A stretch of DNA of 63,894 nucleotides, the filler included, from Candidatus Tectimicrobiota bacterium (lineage in GTDB: Bacteria; JACPSX01): NCBI GenBank assembly GCA_016193065.1. It is 6 parts of 6 records of this genome, joined end to end, with 100 filler letters (N's around TTAATTAATTAA, not from the genome) between each part and the next. Parts side by side here need not be neighbours in the genome. Positions count along the whole stretch, not along the records: positions 28,937 to 46,293 come from JACPSX010000235.1; positions 46,394 to 56,915 come from JACPSX010000236.1; 4 more parts are not named here. One strand, 5' to 3'. A program made the position numbers and the translations under genes. The notes beneath the pieces were generated by a model. The model ran no database searches. It was not told the DNA's origin and saw only the letters and a program-made list of their open reading frames with translations. Below are positions 40,489 to 50,423 of this stretch, in pieces (position 1 is the stretch's first letter; each line of letters opens with the position of its first letter).

Positions 40489-42462
40489 GTGCTCAAAGGA
40501 GTTAGCGCCCGCATCGGGATCGTGCTGGCGGGGTTCTTCTGCCTGGTGGTCGGATCCGTCTTCGTCACTCTGCGGGCCATCGAGACCCAGGCCAAGGACG
40601 CCCTGATCATCAACCTGGCCGGCCGCCAGCGTATGCTGATCGAGGGCATGACGGGGGTTGCCCTCTCTCCGGTCTTCCGGGGGAAAGGGGCCGCCCAGGC
40701 CACCCACAGCGCCGAGGCCTTCGATTCAACTCTCAAGGCTCTGCTGCACGGAGGGTCGGTCCCTTACGGCGGGGACGCCCGCCAAGCGGGCACCCGGGTG
40801 ATTCTGCCGCTGACCGAGGACCCGGAGATCCGTAGCCGCCTCTTGTCGATCCAGGCTCTCTGGCAGCGCTTCCGTTCCTTGCTGGAGGAGGCGATGAATG
40901 CCCCGCCGGGCAGCCGGGCGCAGGCCGATGCGGCTGAGGGCGTGAGCCGGATTTCTCCGGGCTTGCTGGGGCAGATGGACGGGGTCGTGCGGCTTTTCCA
41001 GAACTGGTCGGAGCGCAAGCTCGGGCGCTTGCGCCAGATTCAAATGGCGCTGCTGGGGGCCGGTCTGCTGATGCTGGCCGGAGGGTTCCTGCTCTCCCAT
41101 CGCATGATCGTGCGGCCCTTGCAGCTCCTGGAAGGAGCCGCCCGCCGCATCGGGCGGGGGAACCTGGCCGAGGGGGTGCCGGTGAGCGGACCGGGAGAGG
41201 TTGGAGTGCTGGGAGAAACTCTGGATGCCATGAGGGTCCAGCTAAATGCTTCCCGAGAGGCGCTTCTTCTCAGCCATCAGAATCTTGAGGAACGTGTGGC
41301 CCGCCGGACCCAGGAACTCGCGGCGCTTCACCAGGTGAGCAACGAGATTACTTCCCGGCTCCAGGTGGAGGAAGTATTGAATTCGGTGGTGGAGAAGGCA
41401 CGCCAGCTCCTGCGTGCGGAGGTGGCAGCATTGTGTTTTTGCGATGAATCCGGCAGCCTGATGAAGGTTCAAGCCTTCAGCGGTCCGGAGGGAGTCATAA
41501 CACAGCGTGTTGTCTCCGTACAGAAAGAGTCCGGTGGGGTTGCCCCTGCGGTGATGTCAACGGGGCATGCAATGGCTTGCGGGGACGAGCGGTGTCAGGA
41601 GGGATGCGGCGCCATCGACCCGGAATACCAGCGCTCCCATCTCGTGGCTCCACTCCGAATCGGAGGAGAAATGATCGGAGCGCTTTGCGTGGGTCACCGG
41701 GACCCGAACATGAACTGGAAGGATTCGGTGACATTGCTCGATAGGCTCGCCGCTTCCGCTTCCATTGCTCTGGAGAACGCCCGTCTCCACCGCCAGGCGG
41801 AGCGGCTCGCCGCTCTGGAGGAAAGGCAGCGGGTGGCCGCTGACGTGCACGATGGCCTGGCCCAGTCCCTCAGCGCTCTGAATCATCGCCTCGAGCGGAC
41901 TGCGGAACTCATCTCCCGGGGGGAGGCAGACAACGCCCTGCTCGAGCTGGAGCAGGCGCACAGGGCTATGGAGAACAGCGCCGGCCATGTTCGCGAGTTG
42001 ATTGCGGACCTCCGCAACGGCGGAGGGCAGAGCACTCTTCAGGACCTGCTCTGGAAAATCCGTGAGCGCTTTTCGCGTGAGGGGGGGCCAGCCTTTCAGA
42101 TGTCCATCGAGGAGGATTCTGCAATTCTTCTGGATCCTGCCCTCGCTGCCGGGGTGGAGCGCATCCTGTGGGAGGCCCTCACCAACGTGCGAAAGCATGC
42201 CCGAACTCCCGAGGTCCAGGTGTCCCTCAAGAGGGAGTCGGGCCGGGTGCAATGTACGGTTTCGGACCGGGGTTCCGGATTTGATCCGCAGGCACAGCGC
42301 GAAGGCGGCACCCTCCATTTTGGTTTGCAGATCATGCAGGCCCGGGCCGCCCGCATCGGGGCTCACCTCGACGTTCATTCCCGGCCCGGAGAGGGGACCA
42401 TGGTCGTCTTGTCCTGGCCTGAGGCCCGGGAAGTTTCCGTCGCGGGAGAACCGTCGAGATGA
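40489..42462 (+). CDS. NarX/NarQ-like nitrate/nitrite sensor kinase
   Basis: P-box INLAGRQRM, HAMP, GAF, EERQRVAADVHDGLAQ, EALTNVRKHA, HFGLQIM. Confidence 0.88.
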   Translation: MLKGVSARIGIVLAGFFCLVVGSVFVTLRAIETQAKDALIINLAGRQRMLIEGMTGVALSPVFRGKGAAQATHSAEAFDSTLKALLHGGSVPYGGDARQAGTRVILPLTEDPEIRSRLLSIQALWQRFRSLLEEAMNAPPGSRAQADAAEGVSRISPGLLGQMDGVVRLFQNWSERKLGRLRQIQMALLGAGLLMLAGGFLLSHRMIVRPLQLLEGAARRIGRGNLAEGVPVSGPGEVGVLGETLDAMRVQLNASREALLLSHQNLEERVARRTQELAALHQVSNEITSRLQVEEVLNSVVEKARQLLRAEVAALCFCDESGSLMKVQAFSGPEGVITQRVVSVQKESGGVAPAVMSTGHAMACGDERCQEGCGAIDPEYQRSHLVAPLRIGGEMIGALCVGHRDPNMNWKDSVTLLDRLAASASIALENARLHRQAERLAALEERQRVAADVHDGLAQSLSALNHRLERTAELISRGEADNALLELEQAHRAMENSAGHVRELIADLRNGGGQSTLQDLLWKIRERFSREGGPAFQMSIEEDSAILLDPALAAGVERILWEALTNVRKHARTPEVQVSLKRESGRVQCTVSDRGSGFDPQAQREGGTLHFGLQIMQARAARIGAHLDVHSRPGEGTMVVLSWPEAREVSVAGEPSR

Positions 42463-43139
42463 CGAAAGCCCGGGTTCTCATCGCCGATGACCACGGCCTG
42501 TTTCGGGAGGGACTGGCGAGCATCATTTCCTCACAGCCGGATCTGGAGCTGGTCGGAGTCGCCCACGATGGCGTCGAAGCGCTGGTGAAGGCCCAGACCC
42601 TCAAACCGGACCTGATTTTGATGGACATTCAGATGCCCGGCTGCGATGGAATCGAGGCCACGTTCCGGATCAAACAGGAACTCCCCGAGGCCAAGATCGT
42701 CATTGTGACCGTGTCGGAGGAAGACGACAACCTCTTCGAGGCCATCAAGAGCGGAGCCCACGGCTACATTCTCAAGAGCGTAAGCGCCAGGGATCTGCTA
42801 GCTCAGGTTCGCGGCGTCCTGCAGGGCGGTGGAGCTATCCCTCCCAAGCTGGCGGGCCGCATGCTCGAGGAGTTCCGCCGCCTGAGTCGGCGACCGGACC
42901 CGGAGGGGTCCCGGGAGGAGACCAGTCTGAGCCACCGCGAACTTGAAGTCCTCGCCCAGGCTGCTGCCGGAGCAACGGACAAGGAGATCGCCCAGGCCCT
43001 TTCTCTGAGCGTCTACACGGTGAAGTCTCACATGCGCAACCTGCTGACCAAGCTTCAGGTCAGCAATCGCCGGGAAGCCGGCCGCTATGCTCAGGCCAAG
43101 GGTCTGGTCCCACCGCCCCGCCCTCCGCAAAAGAACTAG
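42459..43139 (+). CDS. NarL/LuxR-family response regulator
   Basis: IADDH, LMDIQMP, LSHRELEVL, TVKSHMRNLLTKL. Confidence 0.93.
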   Translation: MTKARVLIADDHGLFREGLASIISSQPDLELVGVAHDGVEALVKAQTLKPDLILMDIQMPGCDGIEATFRIKQELPEAKIVIVTVSEEDDNLFEAIKSGAHGYILKSVSARDLLAQVRGVLQGGGAIPPKLAGRMLEEFRRLSRRPDPEGSREETSLSHRELEVLAQAAAGATDKEIAQALSLSVYTVKSHMRNLLTKLQVSNRREAGRYAQAKGLVPPPRPPQKN

Positions 43140-43395
43140 GACAATCTACCCATAGGTCAAATGAACACGGGCACAATCTCCCCCGCGATTTTTCCGCGCG
43201 CGGTAACTGGGGGGGAATGGAAGCACTTCGGAGTTAGTGCGTTTGTCCTAGCTCTCGCACCCCCCTCGACTTAGGTCAGAAGCCCTCCAAAAACCGTCTC
43301 TCTTCCCTCTTCTTTCATTCTTGCGAGGGATTCCCGACTGATTTTGCCCGCAGCCTTCCTTTGCCATATTTCCCTCTGTGAGAGGAAAGAAAGCT

Positions 43396-43842
43396 ATGAC
43401 GGTTTCGCGGGTTTTAATCGTGGGTCCTTCGAGCCTGCTGGCGGAGGGGGTCGCCACACTGTTTCGGCGGGAGCAAGGTTTTGAGGTCACCATCGTGTCT
43501 CCGGAAGAGGCGGTCTCCGACGGGGGGGAAGAGCCCGGATCTCACGGGAAGGATCTGGAAGCTCGGATTGCAAAACTCGGTCCCGATATTCTGGTTCTCG
43601 TGGACACCCCGGAAGGAAAACGGGGGTCAGGACTTGTTACCAGGCTCCTGGAGGAAGCAGTCGTGCCGATCGTTTTGTGCGTCAACCCGGACGAGTCCCA
43701 GGTGCGGATTTACAGTGAGCGTGAAGTCCCGGCCCAGGTCCCGGAACTGCTGGCCGCCGTGCGCGGACTCTTTCCGTCCGAGGACCGAGGTTCCCTGCCG
43801 GAGAGTTCCCGAAAGAGAGCAAAGAAGAGAGAGAAAATATGA
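43396..43842 (+). CDS. Hypothetical protein, degenerate receiver-like
   Basis: RVLIVG..LLAEGVATLF...PDILVL; lies at the head of the nar cluster. Confidence 0.55.
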   Translation: MTVSRVLIVGPSSLLAEGVATLFRREQGFEVTIVSPEEAVSDGGEEPGSHGKDLEARIAKLGPDILVLVDTPEGKRGSGLVTRLLEEAVVPIVLCVNPDESQVRIYSEREVPAQVPELLAAVRGLFPSEDRGSLPESSRKRAKKREKI

Positions 43843-44786
43843 AGGGGAATAGAGGGAGAAGGAAAGTGGAGAATATGCCGGAAAGGACGGATGTAGAGCC
43901 CATGCAACGGATGCGGATTTGCAGGCCCTATCTTAGTGTCGTCATTAGGGGCCTTTTCGTCCTTCTTCTGGCCGGCTTGCTGAGGATCGGGAACCTGCCT
44001 GAACCTGAAGCGGCTCCTTCAACTCAATTGGCGGAGAAAGGTGAGGCGATCTTCCAGCAGAAGTGTATCTCCTGCCACTCGATAGGCGGCGGGAACCTGG
44101 TCGGCCCTGATCTCAAAGGGGTGACCTCACGACAGGATCGGGACTGGCTGAAGCGCTTTATCTTGGCCCCGGACAAGATGATTGCCCAGAAAGATCCCAT
44201 CGCTGTGCAGCGGCTTAAGGAATTTAAAAACATCCCCATGCCCAACCTGGGACTCTCGGGTGGCGATGTGGAGGCGCTTGTGGCTTACCTTGAGACCCCC
44301 AGTGAAGCTCAACATGGAGAAATCCCCGGCCAGCCACCGGCCGCGCAGGCCAAGCCCCTGCCTCCGGGAGATTCTCTCGTCGGCAAAGATCTGTTCACAG
44401 GTGCTCTCCCCTTCCAGAAGGGAGGGACGCCCTGTATGGCCTGCCACGGCATTGCCGGCACTGGGGCTCTAGGGGGCGGCACCTTGGGGCCGGATTTAAC
44501 TCACGTCTTCCAGCGCTTTGGCGAGAGCGGCCTGGCCAGCGCGCTGCAAGGCCTGCCCTTCCCCTCCATGCAGGGGATTTTCCAGGACAGGCCGCTGACG
44601 GAGACCGAACAGGCTCACCTGCTGGCTCTCTTTGCCCAGGTTGACCGGGAAAAAGTGGCTCCGACCGCCTGGAGCTTCATCTGGATCGGGCTGGGGGGAT
44701 TTATCGTGCTGGCCGGCTTGCCGCAAGTCCTCTGGGGCAAGCGACTCAAAGGGGTGCGCAAGCGTCTGGTTGGAGGTAAGAAATGA
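43839..44786 (+). CDS. Membrane-anchored dihaem cytochrome c (NarC-like)
   Basis: CISCH and CMACH, GPDL twice, C-terminal TM helix; exact start uncertain; overlaps the downstream ATG. Confidence 0.88.
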   Translation: MKGNRGRRKVENMPERTDVEPMQRMRICRPYLSVVIRGLFVLLLAGLLRIGNLPEPEAAPSTQLAEKGEAIFQQKCISCHSIGGGNLVGPDLKGVTSRQDRDWLKRFILAPDKMIAQKDPIAVQRLKEFKNIPMPNLGLSGGDVEALVAYLETPSEAQHGEIPGQPPAAQAKPLPPGDSLVGKDLFTGALPFQKGGTPCMACHGIAGTGALGGGTLGPDLTHVFQRFGESGLASALQGLPFPSMQGIFQDRPLTETEQAHLLALFAQVDREKVAPTAWSFIWIGLGGFIVLAGLPQVLWGKRLKGVRKRLVGGKK

Positions 44787-46293
44787 GCTGGATTAAAGAT
44801 ATCGTTGATCCCCAAACCCGTCAGTGGGAAGAGTTTTACCGCAATCGCTGGCAGCACGACAAGATCGTGCGCAGCACCCACGGGGTGAACTGCACCGGCG
44901 GCTGCTCCTGGCAGGTCTACATCAAGGACGGCGTCGTTACCTGGGAGATGCAGGCCACGGACTACCCGAAGCTGGAGGCAGGGCTCCCCCCTTACGAACC
45001 CCGGGGCTGCCAGCGCGGCATGTCCTTCTCCTGGTACATCTACAGCCCGATCCGGGTGAAGTACCCCTACGTGCGCGGGGCGCTCGTGGACCTGTGGCGC
45101 GAGGCCCGGCGCAGGAACTCCGATCCGGTGGCGGCTTGGCAGTCCATCGTGGACAACCCGATCGCCCGCAGGCGTTACCAGCAAGCGCGGGGCAAGGGGG
45201 GCTTCCGCCGCGCCACCTGGGATGAAGTCTTGGAGATCATCGCCGCTTCCACGATCCATACGGTGAAGAAGCACGGCCCGGATCGTGTGATCGGGTTTTC
45301 CCCGATTCCCGCCATGTCCATGCTGAGCTATGCCGGCGGCTCCCGCTTCCTGCAGTTATTGGGGGGCGTGAACCTGAGCTTTTACGACTGGTACAGCGAT
45401 CTGCCCAACGCTTCCCCGGAAGTCTGGGGGGAGCAGACCGATGTGTGCGAGAGTGCGGACTGGTACAACTCCAAGTTCATCGTCTCCATGGGCGCCAATC
45501 TCAACATGACCCGCACCCCGGATGTCCACCATGTGGCGGAGGCTCGCTACAACGGTGCCAAGTTCGTGGTTCTGGCCCCTGACTTCAGCCAGGTGGCCAA
45601 GTACTCCGACTGGTGGATTCCCGTCCACGCCGGCCAGGACGGGGCTTTCTGGATGGCGGTGAACCACGTTATTCTGAAAGAGTTTCACGTGGACCGCCAG
45701 ACTCCCTACTTTGTGAGCTACCTCGGGCGCTTCAGCGATGCGCCTTTCCTGGTGGAGCTTCAGAAGAAGGACGGTGGATACGCCCCCGGCCGTCTCCTGC
45801 GCGCCAACCAACTGGCCCGCTACCGCGAGGTGGAGAACGGCGACTGGAAGTTCCTGGTCGTGGATAGAGCAAGCGGACAGCCCAGGATGCCGCAGGGGAC
45901 CGTGGGCTTTCGCTGGCAGAAAAAGAAAGGGCAGTGGAATCTGGAGATGAAGGACGGTGTGGACGGCGCGGAGATCGACCCGCTGCTCACTTTCCGGGAC
46001 GGCCACGATGAGATCTGCCAGGTTGAAATTCCCGAATTCTCCAGCGGCCGGATCTTCAAGCGTGGGGTCCCCGTCAAATACATTGAGACGGAGAAAGGGA
46101 AGGTGCCTGCAGCGACGATCTACGATCTCCTGATGGCCCAGTTCGGGGTCGGGCGCGGCTTGCCTGGAGAGTATCCCAAGGATTACGACGACGAGGAGGT
46201 GCCCTACACGCCGGCCTGGCAGGAGAAGTTTACCGGGATCGACCGCAAGACGGTGCTGCAATTTGCCCGCCAGTGGGCATCGACCGCGGAGAA
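44783..46293 (+). CDS. narG: Nitrate reductase / nitrite oxidoreductase alpha subunit (NarG/NxrA), partial
   Basis: [44 protein letters not shown]; no Tat signal. Confidence 0.93.
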
Positions 46294-46393
46294 NNNNNNN
46301 NNNNNNNNNNNNNNNNNNNNNNNNNNNNNNNNNNNNNTTAATTAATTAANNNNNNNNNNNNNNNNNNNNNNNNNNNNNNNNNNNNNNNNNNNN
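46294..46393. other. Contig linker
   Basis: N-TTAATTAATTAA-N. Confidence 0.99.
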
Positions 46394-46531
46394 AGCCCGG
46401 GAAGCTCCCACTTTCTGTTTCCCCCCCCCACCCCCTCCCGCCCGGGGAGGGGGGAAATCATTTGGCTGCCAGGGCCGGGGGGAAGAATGTCAAAGGGAGA
46501 AATAGAAGATTCAGGATTCTGGGACACGGTG

Positions 46532-48610
46532 TTAGAGTCCTTCGAAGCGATAGCTGACACCTGCAAACGCCGCGACGCCGCTGGCCGGTACCAGGAAAGG
46601 CTCTACCTGGCCCGTGCGGTTGTTCGTGGCAATGATTCCGGAAGTCTCGTACTTCTTGTTCAGCAGATTTTCGACCGCCAGCGAGGCGGTCATTGTTCCC
46701 CCGGGCACTTTCCGCTCATAGGCCAGCTTGCTGTTGAAGACCCAGTAGGGGTTGAGGCGGTCGTGATGATTGGCCTCGTCGTTCAGCAGATACTGGCTCC
46801 CCACGTAGGAACCCGTCAAGCCCACGTTCCAGCCCGCGGCCGGGCGGTAGTTGACACCTCCCCCCAGCCGGTGCCGCGGCACGAGCGGGAAGAAATCTCC
46901 CTTCCGGACGGTCTGTGAAAACGTGGGCGCAGGTCCCGAGACGGTCACATCGGTCTCGAAGGTGGCCTCGGTAAACGTGTAATTGAGGAAGCCGTCCATC
47001 TGCTCAACCGGGTGAACCTTGAGCGAGACCTCGATTCCCCGGCGCCGGGACTTGTCGATGTTTTGATTGAGCCCGGTGAACTCCACCGGGTCGGTAAAAA
47101 CAAAGAAGATCTCATCGCGCACGTCGGACTGAAAGAAGGCCAGCGTTCCCTCCCCCCATCCGGCCAGACGGGTCCGGATCCCGACCTCATGATTTTTCGA
47201 TTTCACGGGCTTCAGGTCAGGGTTCGAGGTGAAGGCTCCCAGCGCGAACAGCTCGTCCTGCGTGGGAGTGCGGAACCCTTCCGAGTAGGTATAATAGAAC
47301 CCCAGAGCGGGAACCGGGTTGTACACGACGCCGGCTCTGGGACTCAGCCTCCTGAACTTCTTGTCGCCGCTGTTGGCGGCGGTGATCCGGTCGGTGAAAT
47401 TCAGGCGGTCCAGGTCATAGCGGAAGGCGCCCGTGATGGTCACTTTCGAGGACACATCAAACGAGTCCTGGAGATAAAAACCGTTCGCATTTTGCCGGGT
47501 CGCACGCCGGTTGAGAAACGGGAAGCCGGTGATCGAGGATCCCAGATTCCCGATATCGTGATGGTTGTACTCCGCCCCCAGGGTCAGGACATTGCGGCGG
47601 CCGCCCCAGCGGGTATCCTGGGTGAGCTGAAGGGTCCCTCCCCGGGATTCGATGTTGGTCTCGTCGCGCGTTGTGGAGGTTTGTCCAAAGACAACGCTTT
47701 CCGTCGCCAGGTGCCGAAAATAGGCGTTTACGGACAGAGAAAGATCCAAGGGCAGCTTCCGGCGGCCGTTCAACACGACCGTATTGAGACGGTTGTCCTG
47801 AAAGTCACCGGGGGTAAAATTCCGCGTGCGGTCAATGGAAAGCACGCTTTCGGGCAGAGAGCCCGCCTGGCTTAACCGGTCATTCACGTGAGTGAAGGAC
47901 AGGGACAGGTCCGTCTGGCTTTGGGGCCGGAAGCCGACCTTCCCCTGAAAGCGCCGCACCTTACCTCCCGATTCCTCCCGGAAGCCCCTCTCGCTGTCCC
48001 GCGCCACTCCGAAGAAGTAGTCCCATTTCTGGAAGGGGCCGCCGGCTTGCAGCCGATAGCGCTCCCGGTCAAAGCCCCCTTGCAGGGTCTCAAGCGTGAT
48101 CTGAGGTTTCGCGCCCCCGCGCTTGGTGATGATGTTGATCACCCCTGAGAGGGCATTCTTGCCGAACGGAGCGGCTGCGCCCGGCAGGATCTCGATGCGC
48201 TCCACATCCTCCAGGGGCACGAGATCAAAGTTCGTCTGGTTGAAATCAGGCTGGTTCACCCGCACGCCGTCCACAAAGACGCTGATGGAGGGAACGGGCT
48301 GGGCGTTAAACCCCCTCAAGTCGACCGTGGGTTGAAAGGAATTGCCCACTTGATCAAACACCACGATGCCGGGCTGGTTCTGGAGGACTTCCTGGAGGGT
48401 CTTGGCCCCGGAGGCTTTGATTTCTTTCTCGGTGAGAATCGTCACATGGGCAGGCAGGCGCTGGACATCGAAGCCCGCGTCCGGGAGACGGGTGGCGCTG
48501 ACCACCACCTCTTCGACCCCTTCTCCAGCCGGGTCGCGCTGGGCAGAAAAACCCGGGTTCGCTACTCCCACAAGCAGGCTCAACGCCGCAATCCTCAAAA
48601 GCCGTTTCAT
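46532..48610 (-). CDS. TonB-dependent receptor, probably for cobalamin (BtuB-like)
   Basis: Signal peptide, EEVVVSATR, VERIEILPG..GVINIITK, beta-barrel ending VSYRF; B12 riboswitches upstream. Confidence 0.9.
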   Translation of the reverse strand: MKRLLRIAALSLLVGVANPGFSAQRDPAGEGVEEVVVSATRLPDAGFDVQRLPAHVTILTEKEIKASGAKTLQEVLQNQPGIVVFDQVGNSFQPTVDLRGFNAQPVPSISVFVDGVRVNQPDFNQTNFDLVPLEDVERIEILPGAAAPFGKNALSGVINIITKRGGAKPQITLETLQGGFDRERYRLQAGGPFQKWDYFFGVARDSERGFREESGGKVRRFQGKVGFRPQSQTDLSLSFTHVNDRLSQAGSLPESVLSIDRTRNFTPGDFQDNRLNTVVLNGRRKLPLDLSLSVNAYFRHLATESVVFGQTSTTRDETNIESRGGTLQLTQDTRWGGRRNVLTLGAEYNHHDIGNLGSSITGFPFLNRRATRQNANGFYLQDSFDVSSKVTITGAFRYDLDRLNFTDRITAANSGDKKFRRLSPRAGVVYNPVPALGFYYTYSEGFRTPTQDELFALGAFTSNPDLKPVKSKNHEVGIRTRLAGWGEGTLAFFQSDVRDEIFFVFTDPVEFTGLNQNIDKSRRRGIEVSLKVHPVEQMDGFLNYTFTEATFETDVTVSGPAPTFSQTVRKGDFFPLVPRHRLGGGVNYRPAAGWNVGLTGSYVGSQYLLNDEANHHDRLNPYWVFNSKLAYERKVPGGTMTASLAVENLLNKKYETSGIIATNNRTGQVEPFLVPASGVAAFAGVSYRFEGL

Positions 48611-48660
48611 CTGGATCTCTCCTCTTCCCCCCGCGGGGAAAGGTGGATTGTGAATTCGGC

Positions 48661-48801
48661 CCAGACCCGGTCTCCTGGCTCTCGTTCACCCTACTTGCCG
48701 CGCCTTCCCAGCCTCGCGGGCCAGTGGCTCTTGAAAGCGGCTTTCGTCCCGATCACAGTCGCGGGGCGGCGGAAGCTTCTCACTCCCTTCCCTCGGTCTG
48801 G
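48661..48801 (-). ncRNA. Cobalamin riboswitch (proximal)
   Basis: GGGAA...CCCCGCGACTGT...GCCACTG...GGGAAGGC...GAGCCAGGAGACC. Confidence 0.88.
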
Positions 48802-48902
48802 AGCCCTACCTTATTTCTGGTAAATTGCTCTGGCCGGCGCACCTCCTTTCTGTACCCCCCACACAGCCCTGCCCCTCACCGGGAGGAGGACAAGGAAGGG
48901 AT

Positions 48903-48943
48903 AAAAAAATCCCCAGACCCAAAACCAGATGGGCCTGAGGATT
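48903..48943 (-). terminator. Intrinsic terminator between the two B12 riboswitches
   Basis: AATCCTCAGGCCCA-loop-TGGGTCTGGGGATT followed by a T run. Confidence 0.75.
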
Positions 48944-49007
48944 GCCTCTTTCCGTCCCCAGGTTGTGAAACCTGACCCCGGTCCGCGAGGGTCGCAGATT
49001 TCCGCAA

Positions 49008-49165
49008 CCCTGCAGGCAGGTCTTCTGGCTTCCGGATCGTCCTACTGGCTGCGCCTTCCCGGCCTGGAGAGCCAGTGGCTGCTGCAGCGTTCGTCCCCGG
49101 TTACAGCGTCGGGCCCGCTCCCGATTTGCACGGGATTCCCTCTTCCGTGAATACCTGCAGGGGTA
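49008..49165 (-). ncRNA. Cobalamin riboswitch (distal)
   Basis: AGGT...AAGAGGGAA..GTGCAAATC...CTGTAAC...GCCACTG...GGGAAGGC...AGCCAGAAGACCTGCC. Confidence 0.92.
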
Positions 49166-49256
49166 ACGATGCTCCATCATCCAACGGCCAGGGGCCGGGC
49201 GTCAAGCCCATTTTTGAGGGAAATTTGTGGCGGCCGGAAAAAGCGCCCGCAGTGGA

Positions 49257-49446
49257 CCCCGATCCGAAACTCGACATGGGCTGGGAAGCAGGAAGATTGC
49301 TATTTGACCCTAGGCTCGGGAGGTGGGAGAACTCAATTCTTCCGCACCTAGAGTGGTAATCGGAAAGTGGTGTAGGTCTCCGCACGAGAGCGCTTTCCCT
49401 GAGCCCCTTGGGAGTGCACAGCAGGGTTCGGAATTTCGGATCGGGG
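49257..49446. mobile_element. MITE-like element
   Basis: 13-bp perfect TIR CCCCGATCCGAAA, flanked by TGGA direct repeats; no ORF; internal pairing. Confidence 0.55.
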
Positions 49447-49589
49447 TGGACATTCCAAAAATTTAGCGATACCCTGTGTGCTGGTTTCAAGAGCAGAATC
49501 TCCGTGGCAATAAAGATGTAATTCTTTCGGGTCCGGCCAGGACAGGCCGCAAAGACTGTTCCTTATTTCAATCCAGCGGGAGCTACAAA

Positions 49590-49952
49590 ATGGATTACTT
49601 GGTATGTAAGGAAGGGGAATTGAGGGAGCGCAGTTGCAGGCTCGTGCAGGCCGGTGACGTACAGATCGGAGTCTTTCGGGTCAAGGGAAAATTGGTTGCT
49701 TACGCCAACAACTGCATACACCAGGGCGGCCCGGTCTGCCAGGGCGAGATCCTGGGCAAGGTCGAAGAAGTCCTGGGGACAGACAAGACCATAATCAGCG
49801 AGCGCTTTTCGGAAAACGAGATCCACCTCGTCTGCCCCTGGCACGGCTGGGAATATAACCTGGAGACCGGAGAGTGCGCAGCGGATCGCCGCTTGCGGCT
49901 GCGGCCCTACCCTGTCGTACTGCGCGGAGACGAGGTGTACGTTAAGGTGTGA
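49590..49952 (+). CDS. Rieske [2Fe-2S] ferredoxin
   Basis: CIHQGGP...CPWHGWEY. Confidence 0.93.
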   Translation: MDYLVCKEGELRERSCRLVQAGDVQIGVFRVKGKLVAYANNCIHQGGPVCQGEILGKVEEVLGTDKTIISERFSENEIHLVCPWHGWEYNLETGECAADRRLRLRPYPVVLRGDEVYVKV

Positions 49953-49990
49953 CGAACCACCGTAGTGCAAAGATCCCCGGGAGGTCTTCT

Positions 49991-50320
49991 ATGAGCGAAC
50001 CCAATATCTCCGGCGAGTCCATGATCCCCGACAGGTCTCTGGAGGAGATGGCCTGCCGGCTGTGCCGCCGTTACAGTGATCCTGCCGCGCGGGAAACCGA
50101 GAGGATCGCGGATAAAACCCTGCAGGATCTGCTCTCTCTGGTCATCCACAGCTACTTCCAGCGCCTGGAATCCCGGGAGGAGAACGGGCCGCTCGCACCG
50201 ATCCGGCCGGATTCGAACGTCACCGCGACGGAAGTGGTCGTTCTGGTCACGGAGCTGCTCAAAGCGGTCGACGTGGAGGTCTTCGAGCTGGGCATGTGGC
50301 AGGCCCTCGGCAAGCGCTGA
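49991..50320 (+). CDS. Small conserved hypothetical protein
   Basis: VTATEVVVL..LLKAVDVEVFELGMWQ; lies between Rieske and amidohydrolase genes; start uncertain. Confidence 0.7.
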   Translation: MSEPNISGESMIPDRSLEEMACRLCRRYSDPAARETERIADKTLQDLLSLVIHSYFQRLESREENGPLAPIRPDSNVTATEVVVLVTELLKAVDVEVFELGMWQALGKR

Positions 50321-50423
50321 TCCATCGCTTAGGCCCCGCCGCAGTTGAAGTGGGCAGGCGCCTAAAACAGTGGGCCGGTCGAACGATACGGATTTGAAAA
50401 ACGCGATAAGAGGGGGAAAGCAA

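Noticed and set aside
43147-43160. NarL heptamer TACCCAT
   Set aside because: Single half-site without a 7-2-7 partner.
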